Assembly (NCBI RefSeq): GCF_036365525.1
Contig: NC_090417.1
Span: forward strand, 7,581,850 to 7,645,849
Source of the DNA: Heterodontus francisci
Taxonomy: Eukaryota
DNA length: 64,000 bases
Direction: 5' to 3'
Both the position numbers and the translations under genes were made by a program. This document shows, in pieces, positions 1 to 12,958 of the stretch; position 1 is the stretch's first letter; each line of letters opens with the position of its first letter. The notes under the pieces were generated by a model. The model saw nothing but the letters and a program-made list of their open reading frames with translations. It was not told the origin of the DNA and did not search any database.

Positions 1-2056
1 CTGGGATTGTTCATGACAAGGTGAAGGGTAGGACCAACAAAACCAGGGAACCCTGGATCTCAATGGATATAGAGGATTGGATAAGGGGGAAAAAAGGAGG
101 CTTATGGCAGATTCAGAGCTCTGAAAACAGCGGAGGCCCTAGAGGAGTATAGAAAGTGTAGGGAGTACTTAAAAAAAAAAGTAATGAGGAGAGCGAAGAG
201 GGGACATGAAAAAACACTGGCAGGCAAGATAAATGAAAATCCCAAGGTGTTTTATATTGAGGGCAAGAGGATAACCAGGGAAAGAGTAGAGCCCATTCGG
301 GACCAAAGTGGCAATCTGTGTGTGGAGCCAGAGGACATAGCTGAGGTTTTAAATGATTACTTTTCATCTGTGTTCACTATGGAGAAGGATGATGTAGGTG
401 TAGAGATCAAGGTGGGGGATTGTGATATACTTGAACATATTAACATTGAAAGGGAGGAAATATTAGCTGTTTTAGTGGGCTTAAAAGTGGATAAATCCCC
501 AGGCCCAGATGAGATGTATCCCAGGCTGTTATGTGAGGCAAGGGAGGAGATAGCAGGGGCTCTGACACACATTTTCAAATCCTCTCTGGCCACAGGAGAG
601 GTGCCAGAGGACTGGAGGACAGCGAATGTGGTACCATTATTCAAGAAGGGTAGCAGGGACAAACCAGGTAATTACAGGCCGGTGAGTCTAACATCAGTGT
701 TGGGAAACTATTGGAAACAATTCTGAGGGACAGGATTAATCTCCACTTGGAGAGGCAGGAATTAATCAGGGATAGTCAGCACGGCTTTGTCAGGGGGAGA
801 TCATGTCTAACAAATCTGATTGAAAATTTTCGAGGAGGTGACTAGGTGTGTAGATGAGGGTAAAGCACTTGATGTAGTCGACATGGACTTCAGTAAGGCT
901 TTTGATAAGGTCCTGCATGGGAGATTGGTCAAGAAGGTAACAGCCCACGGGATCCAGGGCAATTTGGCAAATTGGATCCAAAATTGGCTTAGTGGCAGGG
1001 GGCAGAGGGTGATGGTCGAGGGTTGTTTTTGCAATTGGAAGCCTGTGACCAGTGGTATACTGCAGGGATCAGTGCTGGGACTCTTGCTGTTTGTAGTGTA
1101 CATTAATGATTTAGACATGAATATAGGAGGTATGATTAGTAGTTTTGCAGATGACACAAAAGTCAGTGGTGTTGTAAATAGTGAGGAGGAAAGCCTTGGA
1201 TTACAGGACGGTATAGATGGGCTGGTAAGATGGGCGGAACAGTGGCAAATGGAAATTAATCATGAAAAGTGTGAGGTGATGCATTTTGGGAGGACTAACA
1301 AGGCAATGGAATATACAATGGATGGTATGACTCTCGGAGGTACAGAGGGTCAGAGGGACCGTGGTGTCCATAGATCCCTGAAGGCAGCAGCATGGGTAGA
1401 TAAGGTGGTTAGGAAGGCATATGGGTTTATTAGCTGCTATTATTAGCTGAAGCATCGAATATAAGAGCGGAGAGGTTATGATGGAGCTGTAGAAAACGCT
1501 AGTTAGACCACAGCTGGAGTACTGTGTACAGTTCTGTTCACCACACTATAGGAAGGATGTGATTGCACTGGAGAGGGTGCAGAGGAGATTCACCAGGATG
1601 TTGCCTGGGCTGGAGCATTTCAGCTACAAAGAGAGACTGGGTAGGGTAGGGTTGTTTCCCTTGGATCAGAGAAGGCTGAGGGGGGACCTGATTGAGGTAT
1701 ACAAATTTATGAGGGGCATAGATAGGGTAGATAGGAAGAAACTTTTTCCCTTAGCGGAGGGGTCAATAACCAGAGGGCGGAGATTTAAGGTCAGGGGCAG
1801 GCGGTTTAGAGGGGATTTGAGGAAATACATTTTAACCCAGAGGGTGGTTGGAATCTGGAACACACTGCCTGAAGGGGTGGTAGAGGCAGGAACCCTCACA
1901 ACATTTAAGAAGTATTTAGATGAGCACTTGAAACACCATAGCATGCAAGGCTACGGGCCAAGTGCTGGAAAATGGGATTAGAATAGCTAGGACTTGATGG
2001 CTGGCACAGACACGATGGGCCGATGGGCCTGTTTCTGTGCTGTATAACTCTATAAC
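1..2056 (+). mobile_element. CR1-clade LINE, ORF2 (reverse transcriptase) and 3' UTR; frameshifted, runs off the left edge
   Basis: ORF pieces carry CR1 RT motifs: [64 protein letters not shown]. Typical 3' end 'gggccgatgggcctgtttctgtgctgtataactctata'. Confidence 0.95.
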
Positions 2057-2339
2057 ATTTCTGATGGGGGGACCTTACCTTTCTTCATTTCAAATAAATC
2101 TCTTCTTTTGAAAACTGTTTGAAGTTTCTTGCTGAAGAGTGTCTCCACCCCAGCTTTGTCATCTTGGTAAGGGCCACCCAGGGAGCAGTGGCTGTGTCCC
2201 CCAGTTATCTCAGCTGAGCTCCCTGGTGACTTTGACCTTGAGGCTGCATTGCCCTTCCTCGCCTGATTGTGTTGTTTTACTAAATTAAATCTGACTGCAG
2301 GTCATCTGTCTAACCAGGCCCAGGATTAACCTGGGTACC

Positions 2340-2525
2340 CTCACTATCTCTGTAACCTCCGATATCTCTCTCAGATCTCTGCTCCTCTCCAATTCTGGAC
2401 TCTTGGGCATCCCCGATTTACATCACTCCACCATTGGTGGCCATGCCTTCAACAGTCTAGCTCCTAAGCTCTGGAATTCCCTTCCTAAACCTCTCTGCCT
2501 TGCTACCTCTCTCTGCTCCTTCACG
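2340..2525 (+). mobile_element. L2-clade LINE 3' fragment
   Basis: 'gccttcaacagtctagctcctaagctctggaattcccttcctaaacctctc' matches the L2-like 3' sequence also seen at 16.2, 49.9 and 57.0 kb. Confidence 0.7.
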
Positions 2526-2528
2526 CCA

Positions 2529-3545
2529 ACCTATCTATGCCCCTCATAATTTTGTATACCTCAATCAGGTCCCCCCTCAGCCTTCTCTGCTCCAAGGTAA
2601 ACAACCCTACCCTACCCAGTCTCTCTTCATAGCTGAAATGCTCCAAACCAGGCAACATCCTGGTGAATCTCCTCTGCACCCTCTCCAGTACAATCACATC
2701 CTTCCTATAGTGTGGTGCCCAGAACTGTACACAATACTCCAGCTGTGGTCTAACTAGCGTTTTCTACAGCTCCATCATAACCTCCCTGCTTTTGAATTCT
2801 GTACCTCTGCTTATAAAGGCAAGTATCTCATATGCCTTCCTAACCACTTTATCTACCTGTGCTGCTGCCATCAGTGATCTATGGACAATTACACCAAGGT
2901 CCATCTGACTTTCTGTACCTCCTAGGGTCCTGCCATCCATTGTGTATTCCCTTGCCTTGTTAGTCCTCCCAAAATGCAATACCTCACACTTTTCAGGATT
3001 AAATTCCATCTGCCACTGTTCTGCCCATCTTACCAGGCCATCTATATCGTCCTGTAATCTAAGGCTTTCCTCCTCACTATTTACAACACCACCAATTTTT
3101 GTGTCATCTGCGAACTTACTGATCATACCTCCGATATTCATGTCTAAATCATTAATGTACACTACAAACAGCAAGGGTCCCAGCACCGATCCTGCAGTAT
3201 ACCACTGGTCACAGGCTTCCACTCGCAAAAACAACCCTTGACCATCACCCTCTGCCCCCTGCCACTAAGCCAATTTTGGATCCAATTTGCCAAATTGCCC
3301 TGGATCCCATGGGCTGTTACCTTCTTGACCAATCTCCCATGCGGGACCTTATCAAAAGCCTTACTGAAGTCCATGTCGACTACATCAACTGCTTTACCCT
3401 CATCTACACATCTAGTCACCTCCTCGAAAACTTTCAATCAGATTTGTTAGACATGATCTCCCCCTGACAAAGCCATGCTGACTATCCCTGATTAATCCCT
3501 GCCTCTGCAAGTGGAGATTAATCCTGTCCCTCAGAATTGTTTCCA
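2529..3545 (-). mobile_element. Internal CR1 ORF2 fragment, inverted copy of ~712-1728
   Basis: Reverse complement aligns by eye with 712-1728. ORFs 2764-3234 and 3162-3437 give the same RT peptides. Confidence 0.93.
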
Positions 3546-3599
3546 TGTGGGTGGATGCACATGGTTCTCGGGAGCTTAATCTAGAGCATGTCGCATGGG

Positions 3600-4620
3600 C
3601 TGTATACTCTTCTGTATTTTATTGATCCTCTCACTTCAAGTGTTGCCATGATACACAGCAGTGGGAAGTAGCAAGGTTTCCATCGTTCAGAGCGGTTTCC
3701 AGTGACCCAGATGTGGTCCAGCTGACCTGAGGTCCAGGCAGCCACACTTACTGTAACATCTTGAGCCGATATTGTTTGTCATTCCCAGTTGGAGGTGATG
3801 CATTTTGGTCAGTTCTACTTGGTGCTCAATGTCCAGATTCTGACTCTCATTTGAGATTCATTAAAAAGGGGCCATTATTTCCAGCTTGGTGACATTGAGG
3901 CCATACTTTTGCCTTGTCTGATTAATACTCAGCGACAGTTAGTACTCTCTTGCACTGTTTCAGCAACAACAGATCACAAGTTCCTTCATGTTGGCACTCA
4001 CTTGAGTGTTCAATACATTACTGAGGAATGAAGAAGATCATGAAGGGAAAAGCAGCAGTCAGGAATCAATCTTGTAAATCATTGTTGGAGAATCATTGGG
4101 CTTGTGCGGAGTTTGCAAGTTCTCCCTGTGACTGCGTGGGTTTCCACCAGGTGCTCCCGTTTCCTCCCACAGCCAAAGCCTTGCAGGTTGATAGGTAAAT
4201 TGGCCACTGTGAATTGCCCCTAGTGTAGGTAAGTGGTAGGAGAATTGAGGGAAGGTGAGATTAATTGAGGGGATGTGGTAGGGAATATGGGATTAATGTA
4301 GGATTAGTATAAATGGTCGGCACAGACTCGGTGGGCCGAAGGGCCTGTTTCAGTGCTGTATCTCTCTATGACTCTTTGACTAATAGCCCTGATACAGAAT
4401 TCTGAAGCCGTTGAATGCTGTTGGCAAGCTCCAACTTGGTGGCAGCTTGAACAGACCGTGGTGCCAGACTGTCAAAGACTTCAGTGAAGTCAGTGAAAAT
4501 GCCAAGCAATTCTTCTACCACCTTGATTTGGCTGAAGCAGGACTTGAGCCTCTTCCACTGCCCTCCTCGGTTTGAAGATTGTTTCTCATAGATTGGGAAC
4601 AAAAGTCAGTAGAACAGCTG
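3600..4620 (-). mobile_element. Very old non-LTR RT fragment (possibly RTE-like), interrupted by a SINE
   Basis: ORF 4366-4602 contains KSCFSQI...IFTDFTEVFDSL, resembling the RT motif RSCxDQI...FIDFxKAFDSV. Boundaries are approximate. Confidence 0.35.
4102..4375 (+). mobile_element. HE1-like V-SINE, 5'-truncated
   Basis: V-domain 'ggagtttgcaagttctccctgtgactgcgtgggtttcc...tttcctccca' plus a CR1-type tail; same family as 51286-51630. Confidence 0.8.
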
Positions 4621-4740
4621 CTGCCGTTCAGAAGCAATTCCTTGTGTGAAGCAACTTGTTTTGTTGTCGCAAGGGGAATCATATTTTCACTTGTGTAAAA
4701 TGAATTGAAGCAGCTGGGAATTAAAAAGATGAAGGAAAAA

Positions 4741-4822
4741 CTGATGCTGCCAGACCTGCTGGATATTTCCAGCATTTCTTGTTTTTATTTCAGATTTCCA
4801 GCATCCGCAGTATTTTGCTTTT
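4741..4822 (+). mobile_element. Penelope-derived terminal fragment (no ribozyme core)
   Basis: 'gatgctgccagacctgctggatatttccagcatt...tttcagatttccagcatccgcagtattttgctttt' is shared with 18.75 and 44.64 kb. Confidence 0.65.
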
Positions 4823-4944
4823 AAAGAAAAACTGCAAGTGTAATGAATGCAGACGCCATTGAAAAAGATGTTTGAACATTTGGGATGCCAGGTGTGATGA
4901 GGTTCCTGTGCCAAATCATTAACCTGCCTTTTGCGGTGTTATTG

Positions 4945-5575
4945 TAAAGAGCATTGGTCAGCTCCCCTCTGGACGATTGTGTTCAGTTCGAAACACCGTA
5001 CTCGGGAAGGATACATTGGCCTTGGACGGGGTGAAGCACAGATTCAGCAGAATGTTAACTAGGCTTAAAAGGTTCAATTATAAGGACATAAACTGAATTT
5101 CCTTTATAGCCACTCCAGGCGCTGCTTCACAAACCACTGACCACCTCCAGGCGCGTATCCATTGTCTCTCGAGATAAGGAGGCCCAAAAGAAAGAAAACT
5201 GAATTTGCATTCCCTTGAGTTTGGAAGATCAATTTAGGAGATCTTATTGAGGTGTTCCAATTGTTAAAAGGATTCAGTAGGGTAGATGAAGAGAATCTAC
5301 TTCCTTTGGTGGGGGAATCAGGATTGAGGGGAAACAATCTTAAAATGGGAGCTGGGCCATTGAGGAGTGAAATCAGGATCCACATTTTCACAAAAAGGGA
5401 AATAGAAATGTGGAATTGTCTTCCCCGAAAGGATGTGGAGCCTGGGACAGTTGGAGCTACCAAGATTGTGCTGGATAGATTTTTGTCGGGTAAGGGTATT
5501 AAGGGATATGAAGCTAAGGCGAATAAAAGTAGTTGGTGTACAGATCAGCCATGATCTTGTTAAATGGTGGAGCAG
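4945..5575 (+). mobile_element. Old CR1 3' fragment, interrupted at 5101-5195
   Basis: Degenerate ORF2 C-terminus (KGFSRVDEENLLPLVGESGLRGNNLK...WNCLP). Confidence 0.8.
5101..5195 (+). mobile_element. Extreme 3' end of an RTE-clade LINE with 11-bp TSD
   Basis: TSD aaactgaattt at 5090-5100 and 5196-5206. Encodes LYSHSRRC (like the RTE C-terminal GLxSHxRxC) and ends in an AAAG tail. Confidence 0.65.
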
Positions 5576-6344
5576 ACTACTCTCCATAACTATTTCATTG
5601 GCTGTAAAGCACTTTGGAACTTCCTGTGGTTGTGAAAGGTGCTACATAAATGCAAGTCTTTCTCTCTTTCTTTTTCAAGTCTGATGTCAGTGGAGTGCAA
5701 ACCACAGGGTGATTGCATTTTCTAGCAACCAGTGCAATCCATTTGAAATGTATCTCACAATTGTAAACCGGTCGATGGGGCACCACAAATGACTGTGTAC
5801 AAGCTGCAAATTAATGTAGATTCTGTTTGCAAGCTAATCTGCAAGCCCCCAACTTGGTGCACTTGCCCCCTTTTTGTTTGTGCTGATGGCCTATTTAGGG
5901 AGGCGAGCCTTTGTCGTGGGTTTGTAGAGAACCAGCTGCAGAGGAGAGAATGAGAAATGGAGAAGGTGGCAATCAGGTATGGGTGCTGGTGAGGCTGAAG
6001 CAGTGTGCAAGAACAGGGGATGAGTATTGTCCCTCCTGCCCTGTCCATCCAGATCGTCCACAAGCCATAATTTTTAAATTCAGTGGCCACAGACTCTCTT
6101 TGTTATCTCAACCCTAGACCCCATCCCCTTGTAGTTTGTGGGGTGTTGATATTCCATCAATTTGGAAGGGATTGGAGGGAACGTGAGAAGTCAGACAAGG
6201 CCCACAAATGCTGCCCCTGCTGGTATGGTACATGACGTTCCAGGAATTCTCCAGCAGGGACGTGAGGAACTTGCAGTAAAACATGAGAACTGGCAGGGTG
6301 GAGAGTGCTGGGTCACAGTCTCTAGTTTTCATCCCTGCTCTGAG

Positions 6345-6705
6345 GTACTGGGTACAGTAGCATAGTGGTTTTGTTACGAGTCTAATAATCCAGAGACATG
6401 GGTTCAAATCCCAATTTAAAATCAACTCATAAAATAAAGCTAGTCTCAGTAATGGTGACCATGAAACCACCGGATTGTTGTAAAAACCCATCTGATTCAC
6501 GAATGTCCTTTAGGGAAGGAAATCTGCCATCCTTACCTGGTCTGGCCTACATGTGACTCCAGACCCACAGCAATGTGGTTAACACATAAAATGCCCTCTG
6601 AAATGGCTGAGCAAGTCACTCAGTTATCACCACCACCTTCATGTGGGCAATAAAGGTTGGTCTTGCCAGTGACATCTACATCTCATGAATGAATTTTTAA
6701 AAAAA
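6345..6705 (+). mobile_element. tRNA-derived SINE (family also at 38720-39105, minus strand)
   Basis: A-box-like 'tagcatagtgg' and B-box 'ggttcaaatccc'; the body matches the reverse complement of 38.72-39.1 kb. Confidence 0.75.
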
Positions 6706-8249
6706 TGAACTTTCCCATCAAAATCTAAATCAAACCCTTATTGACATTGCAGGTGGATAAGGAATTCCCAGGACTGAAGGAGAAGTTTGAAAGACCAAAC
6801 CATGGGGTCAGTGTAGCAGCTCTCCTGTAGTCGGTAGGTTTGTACACACTGTATATTCATGTTCACATCAGCTCAGTTGGTCAAACTCTTTCCTCTGAGT
6901 TAGCAGGTTTTGGCTTCAAATCCCATTGCAGAGACTTAAGCACAGAATCTCGGATGGCACAGCAGTGCACTACTGAGAGAGTGCTGCTTCCAGCTGAGAC
7001 TTTAAACCGAGGCCCCATCTGCCATCTCAGGTGGATGTAAAAGACCGTTATTGATTGCCAACCTCTGTGTCAAAGTTCAAAGGGCAGGCTTCCAACTGAC
7101 TATACCCTCTGTACCCCAACAGTGTGGGAATCTGTCACTGGTTCAGTCTTCATCTGAATGTTCAAACTTTTGCTTTTTACTCAAGGTCCTGGGCCTCCAC
7201 AAATAAACAGTTGATGTTGATTATGAGGCAGTTGAATTTTCAAGGGAGTCTGTTGTTTAAAAGGACTCTAAATTACAATAATGTTAATGTGAAAACTGCC
7301 TGCATACCATTGCCAGAGTGCAGAGGAGAGTCTAACTCACTGCATCACTGAGTCTCATTAGATTGTGGTACTGTTTCACTGTATCATGTTACTCTCCAAT
7401 TCAATCAAATGTCTATTCCAATCAGACACTGTTGGGTTGTTCCTTTTTTGCAGTGGTATTTCTCATACCCACCTCTGCCCTTCTCTCACTGCTGGGGGAT
7501 GGTTCTACAGGGAAAGATGCCCTTCAGTCATGTGTCCAACTAACCATTATCCACGTAGAAATGACATGAAATTACACAATGAGTTTTTTGGCTGGAGGCG
7601 AACCGCATAGTACTCCTATCTGATCTGGACAGCAACAGTTGTCTGGCCCAGGAGGAGCTGAAGTCAGTTGTACCATCACACCCCCTGCCCTGGCTGAGAG
7701 CAGGCATCGATTGCTGGCATTTTACTGGTTGCCAAGGAGCAGCGACTCACCGGATGAAGCCCCACATCCGCCAGGAGAGTTGACCTGTTTCTCAGGACCT
7801 TTTCATGGAGAGTTTCTGACTTTCCAATCAGCGGCTGCATGAGTAACTCTGATTCAAATTCCATGCAGCTCACCTCAACCGCACAGGCTGGCAGTCAAAC
7901 CTTGAGCCTTCCTCAGCTGTGTATCTCGGCTACAGATGAATCTGGAGTATGGATGTAGCTACTTGAGCAAATGGTAATTGCGTCATTTTTGAAAAAATTA
8001 TTTTTCTGATACTTGTCCTTAATATTGTTGCGAGGGCAATGTTGTTTTTGTCAATTTCAAAACCTTTATTGACATCATTGCATGTTGCCATGTCGGGTGC
8101 TGTGGGTAACTAGCAGGATGAAGCTCTTGCTGTTGTTTCCGAGGAAACAGAGGCAAATGGGAGCTGGATTACAAAAAGCAAAATGGCTTAATGTGCCTTG
8201 TTCCATTACAATTTGAAATAAGTTCATTCTGCTTCTCTGGTTGGAATTC

Positions 8250-8790
8250 CCATAGAATCCAAGAATGATGCAGCACACAAGAAGACCATTTGGCCCATCA
8301 AGACTGTGGCTGGCTCTTGGGTAAAACTATCCAATTCATCCCACTCCCCTGCTGTTTCCCCGTAGCCCTGCAGTTTTCTTTCATCCAAGTATTTATTCAA
8401 TTCTCTTTTGGAAGTTAGTCCTGAGTCTGTTTCTGCCATCTTTTCAGGCAGTATATTCCAGGTTGCAACAACTTGCTTTGTTTTATTTTATAGCAGAGAA
8501 GGTAAAGAAGTATTCACAATTCTCAGCGTTTTGTTAGAGCAAGTAGAGAGAAACTGTTTACTCTGGCAAGTGGATTCAGTAAGCAGAGGTCCCAGATTTG
8601 AAATAATTGGCAAAAGAACTAAAGGGAAAATGAGGAGAAATCTTTTCACATGGAGGCTTGTTAAGATCTGGAACCCACCACCTGAAAGGCTGGTGGAGTC
8701 AGATTCCAGAGGAACTTTCCAAAGCCGAAGGGAAGTGGGAGTAAATCGGACAGCTCTGTCAAAAATGGGCTGAATGGCCTTCGATGCTCT
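8250..8790. mobile_element. Two old CR1 3' fragments arranged divergently (8250-8475 minus; ~8520-8790 plus)
   Basis: Degenerate CR1 C-terminal peptides in ORFs 8224-8439 and 8408-8773; CR1 tails at both outer ends. Confidence 0.65.
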
Positions 8791-10264
8791 AAGTGTCTAC
8801 GAATATATGAATACTACACATTTGGAAGAATAATCTGTGGATCGGGCAAGATTTTGTTCCCTTGAGGAAAATGTCAGAAAGACTCGGACTTCTTCTGAGA
8901 CTGTAAAGGATTGTTAGGTCGAGGGGAACCCCACTGAAACCTCTTGATGGAAAGGTTTTTGTATTCGTGCCCTTGTGAAGAAATGGGTAACTATGAGAGT
9001 GTTGACCTAATCTTGAACTCCAGTTCCATGGGAGGGTTGATATTGACATACTCAGTACTCATCTCTCTGTCTGTCTCTTGAGGGCAAGTTAGACCACAAT
9101 CACCCAACCTTATCTTCACCCTGGAAATGTAGAATAGCATTGTAAAGGAATGGCTGTGCACTATTCCTGTGCACCTTGTCTGAGAGGTTGTGTTGATGGT
9201 GGGTTCACCTGTAACCATGCATTGGAGAGAGAAACAGTAATGTTTACTGGACTTATCTCTTTTTGTGGTAGAAGGTCTGATTGTTTTGGAGCCTTTTTTC
9301 CGTTACAAACATGATCAATCCAAGTTCCAAAAACATTCTGAGGCACAAAAGAGAAAAGCAGGAGCTTTTACTGTAACTTGCAGCCTCGCTGAGCCTTGCT
9401 GAGCTTGCTAGCTCAGTCTCAAACCTCTTCCTTCCCTTTGATTTTGACCTGGCTGAGGAAAGCCCCTCCCATTGCAAATGTAATGAACTTTAAAGGGGCC
9501 GTTCCCTGACACATGTGACGGGAGCCCTCATTTTCCTTGCTGCAGTGGAATGCCCAAAACAAGTTATTCAAAAAGCTTGTGAAATGTGAAAACTGCTGAG
9601 GTTTATCTCCGAGGCAATGAAAAGAAATATCGGTGGAAATAATTAACGTGTTTGCGTAATGAGACGCAGAAGTAAATGCCAAAAGTCCACTTCTTTCTTA
9701 TTGAAAATCAGGCTTTGCGTGTCGACTTTACCTCTTAGAATCGTCTGGAATGCCCTCTCGAGAACGGGCCTGCCCAATCCCAAACTGGCCAACTGTGATG
9801 GGATATCACAAAGCACTTCATCGCCACTGAGTTACTTCTGAAATGCCGTCAAAGCTTGCAACCACTTTTTACACAGTAAGATCCCACAAACATCCAGATT
9901 GGATCAAGAACCATTCAATCTGTTATGGTGTTAGCTGAGGGATAAATATTATCCAGGATACTGGGTGAAATCCTCTGCTTTTCAGATAGTGTGTTGGAAA
10001 ATGAGACAGCTGTTGCCAAAAGGATGTGGTTAATGATGACGCTTGCCAGCAGATTTCCCCCTAAACATTGATCTGTCCATTTTGGATGTGTACAAACACT
10101 CTTCCATTTCTCTCTGGTAATAATGTACTCTCCCTCAGAGAAACGACTCCTATTGGGCACCTCACTTTGATGGTGTGTTGGCAGACTATTTGGCCACTGG
10201 AGGTACCACAGTGTAACCTAACTGCATTCTCTCACACATGTGCGCTCATGCACTTCCAGCTCTG

Positions 10265-10795
10265 TATAGGGAAACAGGAGCAGGAGTAGGCCATTCGGCC
10301 TGTCGAGCCTGCTCCACCATTCAAACAGGTCATGGCTGATCATCGACCTCTGCGCCATTTTTCCCCACTAACCCAGTATCCCATGATGTCGTTAGTTTTC
10401 AGATATCTATAGATTTCTGTCTTGAACATGCTCAGTTATTGAGCTTCCACAGCCCTCCACACCCTCTGAGTGAAGAAATTCCTTCACATCTCACTCTTAA
10501 AAAGGCCTACCCCTTACTCTGAGACTGTGTCCCCTGCTTCTCAACTCACCAGCCAGGGGAAACGTCCTATCTACAAACACCTTGTCACACCCTGTAAGAA
10601 TTTTGCAAGATTCAATGAGATCACCTCTCATTCTTCGAAACTCTGGAGAATACAGGCCCAGTTTCCTCAATCTCTCCTCAGAAGACAATTCCACCATTCC
10701 AGGGATTAGTCCCGTGAACCTCTGCTGCACTCGCTCTGTGGCAATTATATCCTTCCTTAGATTAAAAAGACCAAAAATATACACAATACTCCAGG
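10265..10795 (-). mobile_element. CR1 3' fragment
   Basis: ERVQQRFTGLIPGM...EERLRKLGLYSPEFRRMRGDLIE in ORF 10497-10934. Confidence 0.88.
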
Positions 10796-12863
10796 TTTTA
10801 GCAGAGTTTGTGACGATTGCTGCAAAATATTGCTGAAATTCTTTTGCCAAGTCCTCTGTTGGAAACTGGTGGGAGCTGATTGAGAATGCTAATGTCTGAG
10901 GAAGGGTCAGCCCTCCATGGAATACTCCCTTCAAGTATCTGAAAAGGCTCAGCAGCTGCAGTCAGCAAACATAGCACTGATCTGGGACCGTAGTGCTCTG
11001 CAGCCGTTATATATTAAAACAAAACGTAATCTGTTTGTCATTGCATGATGCTGTCCAGGAATGACTGGATACGGGCAATGTTGTGTTCATTGTTCAGTGC
11101 TGTTACCTTTCATTCTGCAGTCTTGACTGGAGTAACAAACTCTCCTCTCTCCCTGCTCAATTTCTAATCTTGGTGGAAGGCAAGGGGTGAATTGTAATCT
11201 CGTTTTTCACCAGGTGTTCAGAGAGCAGAGGCCAGATCCTTTTGTTTTCATGGCTCGTGCATTTGCCAGCTTCACTCGTCCTGCCTGCTCATAACAACAA
11301 CTTTCATCCACGTAGCACCTTCAACGTAAGAAAAAGTCCCCGAGGTGTTTCACAATGAGCAGCGAAAAATTGACACCAAACCAAAGAAGGAGACATCTGT
11401 CCAATTTACAGTGTTTTAATTTGCATTGCGTATTGTCCAATTGAATTGAAGAGGTCCCCTGACAATGGCCTTTAAGATGAAATAAAGATCAAGGGGAGAA
11501 CACTATGTGACTATCTTGAGACAAGTGGACAATATCCTGAACATCAGTAGTTGGGCTGGGGCAGAGGAGATGGAGAGAGAAGTTCTTTGGAGTAATAGCT
11601 TCCATTGGATCCCTAGCTCTGGAAAATGGTGTTGAAGTAGACAATCAGCCATGATCTCATTGAATGGCAGAGCAGGCTCGAAGGGCCGAATGGCCTTCTC
11701 CTGTTCCTATTTCGTATGTTCTTATGGTGCATTCCCCTGCAAGTACAGTCCTTTGAGGTTCTGGACTTGGAGGCCCAGTTCCTGCTGTATGAAACTGCTG
11801 TTATAAAGTAGGCCCGTGCTGCTAACAGCTCAGGAGTATAGGCCTTCTGCGGCCTGCAGTAGCTGCACCTCCTCTGGTTATTGGAAGGGTCTTGGATAAA
11901 TCCAACAGGTTCACACTGGGCTTGCTGCTTTTACAATACAAACATCCCCATTAGCTCTTGTGATCTGCAAGTGGCCTTTCCAGCTTCCAGCGCTAGTTAA
12001 CCAAACCAGTTTTGTTCATGACTGGCAGCCGGCAGCCCAAACCAGTCGAGTTTCTGCCAGGGCTTGGTGCTGCTAGCAATACCATCCCATGAACTGTTCA
12101 CAGCCTGGCAATACTGAAGTGAGGATGCATTAACCCGCACTGAGGAGCGGCTGGTAAATCATCTCACTCTCTCTTGTGCTGTGGGTATTTACGCCAGATT
12201 TTAACCCTGTATTTTGGACATCATTCCAACGATGACCACACTTCATTGACTGTAAAGCACTTTGGGACATCTTGAGGTTGCGAAAAGTGCTGTGTAAATA
12301 GAAGCCCTTTGGTAAACAGAACCGACTGTGGGTCACATGTAGAAATACAGTTTCAGCACAGAAGTGATATTAACCTGCCTGACTGTTGGTTGCTTTGACG
12401 ACAGTGCCATGAGCACAGAATCCAGATGCACTGTTTCCTGTAACCTAATCTTTTGGTCAGTGTATATATAAAACACACACACACACGCACGCACACAGAG
12501 GTTTATTTCTTTGTTAATCCTTTTTATTAGGAGTTCTGTCTGAGTTTCAACTCGGTCCATTTATTGTCCCAATGAGCTCCCAAGATAGACGAGGCAGCGG
12601 TTGTAATTCTGCAGCTGCAGTTGTAAGTGGGTTTCTGCAGAATGAATTAACAAACCAGCCATTCTGGAATTAAACATCTGATGCTAACTGGCCGTTGCTA
12701 ATGAGGAATTGTGCATTTGTTTATTTCATGAAGATAGTTCTTTGCTTCCCCGCCCTCTCTCCTTTGTTTTTTAAAATTTAAACAATGTCTTCGAATTCAC
12801 AAAAGCAACCATTCATCCATCCTGCTGTCGCAATAGTGTTGAAGCCACTGCCTACTATCTGAT

Positions 12864-12958
12864 AGAATAACACAAAGTGCTGGAAATACTCAGCAGGTCT
12901 GGCAACATCTTTGGAGTGCGAAACAGAGTTAACGTTCAGGTCAGTGACCTTTCATCAG
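12864..12958 (-). mobile_element. 95-bp Penelope-derived insertion beginning with a hammerhead ribozyme core
   Basis: TSD ctatctgat at 12855-12863 and 12959-12967. The minus strand reads CTGATGA-AAGGTCA-C-TGACCT-GAAC-GTTAAC. Confidence 0.7.

Noticed and set aside
184-1981. Functional reverse transcriptase gene
   Set aside because: Multiple frameshifts and stops; a dead CR1 copy.
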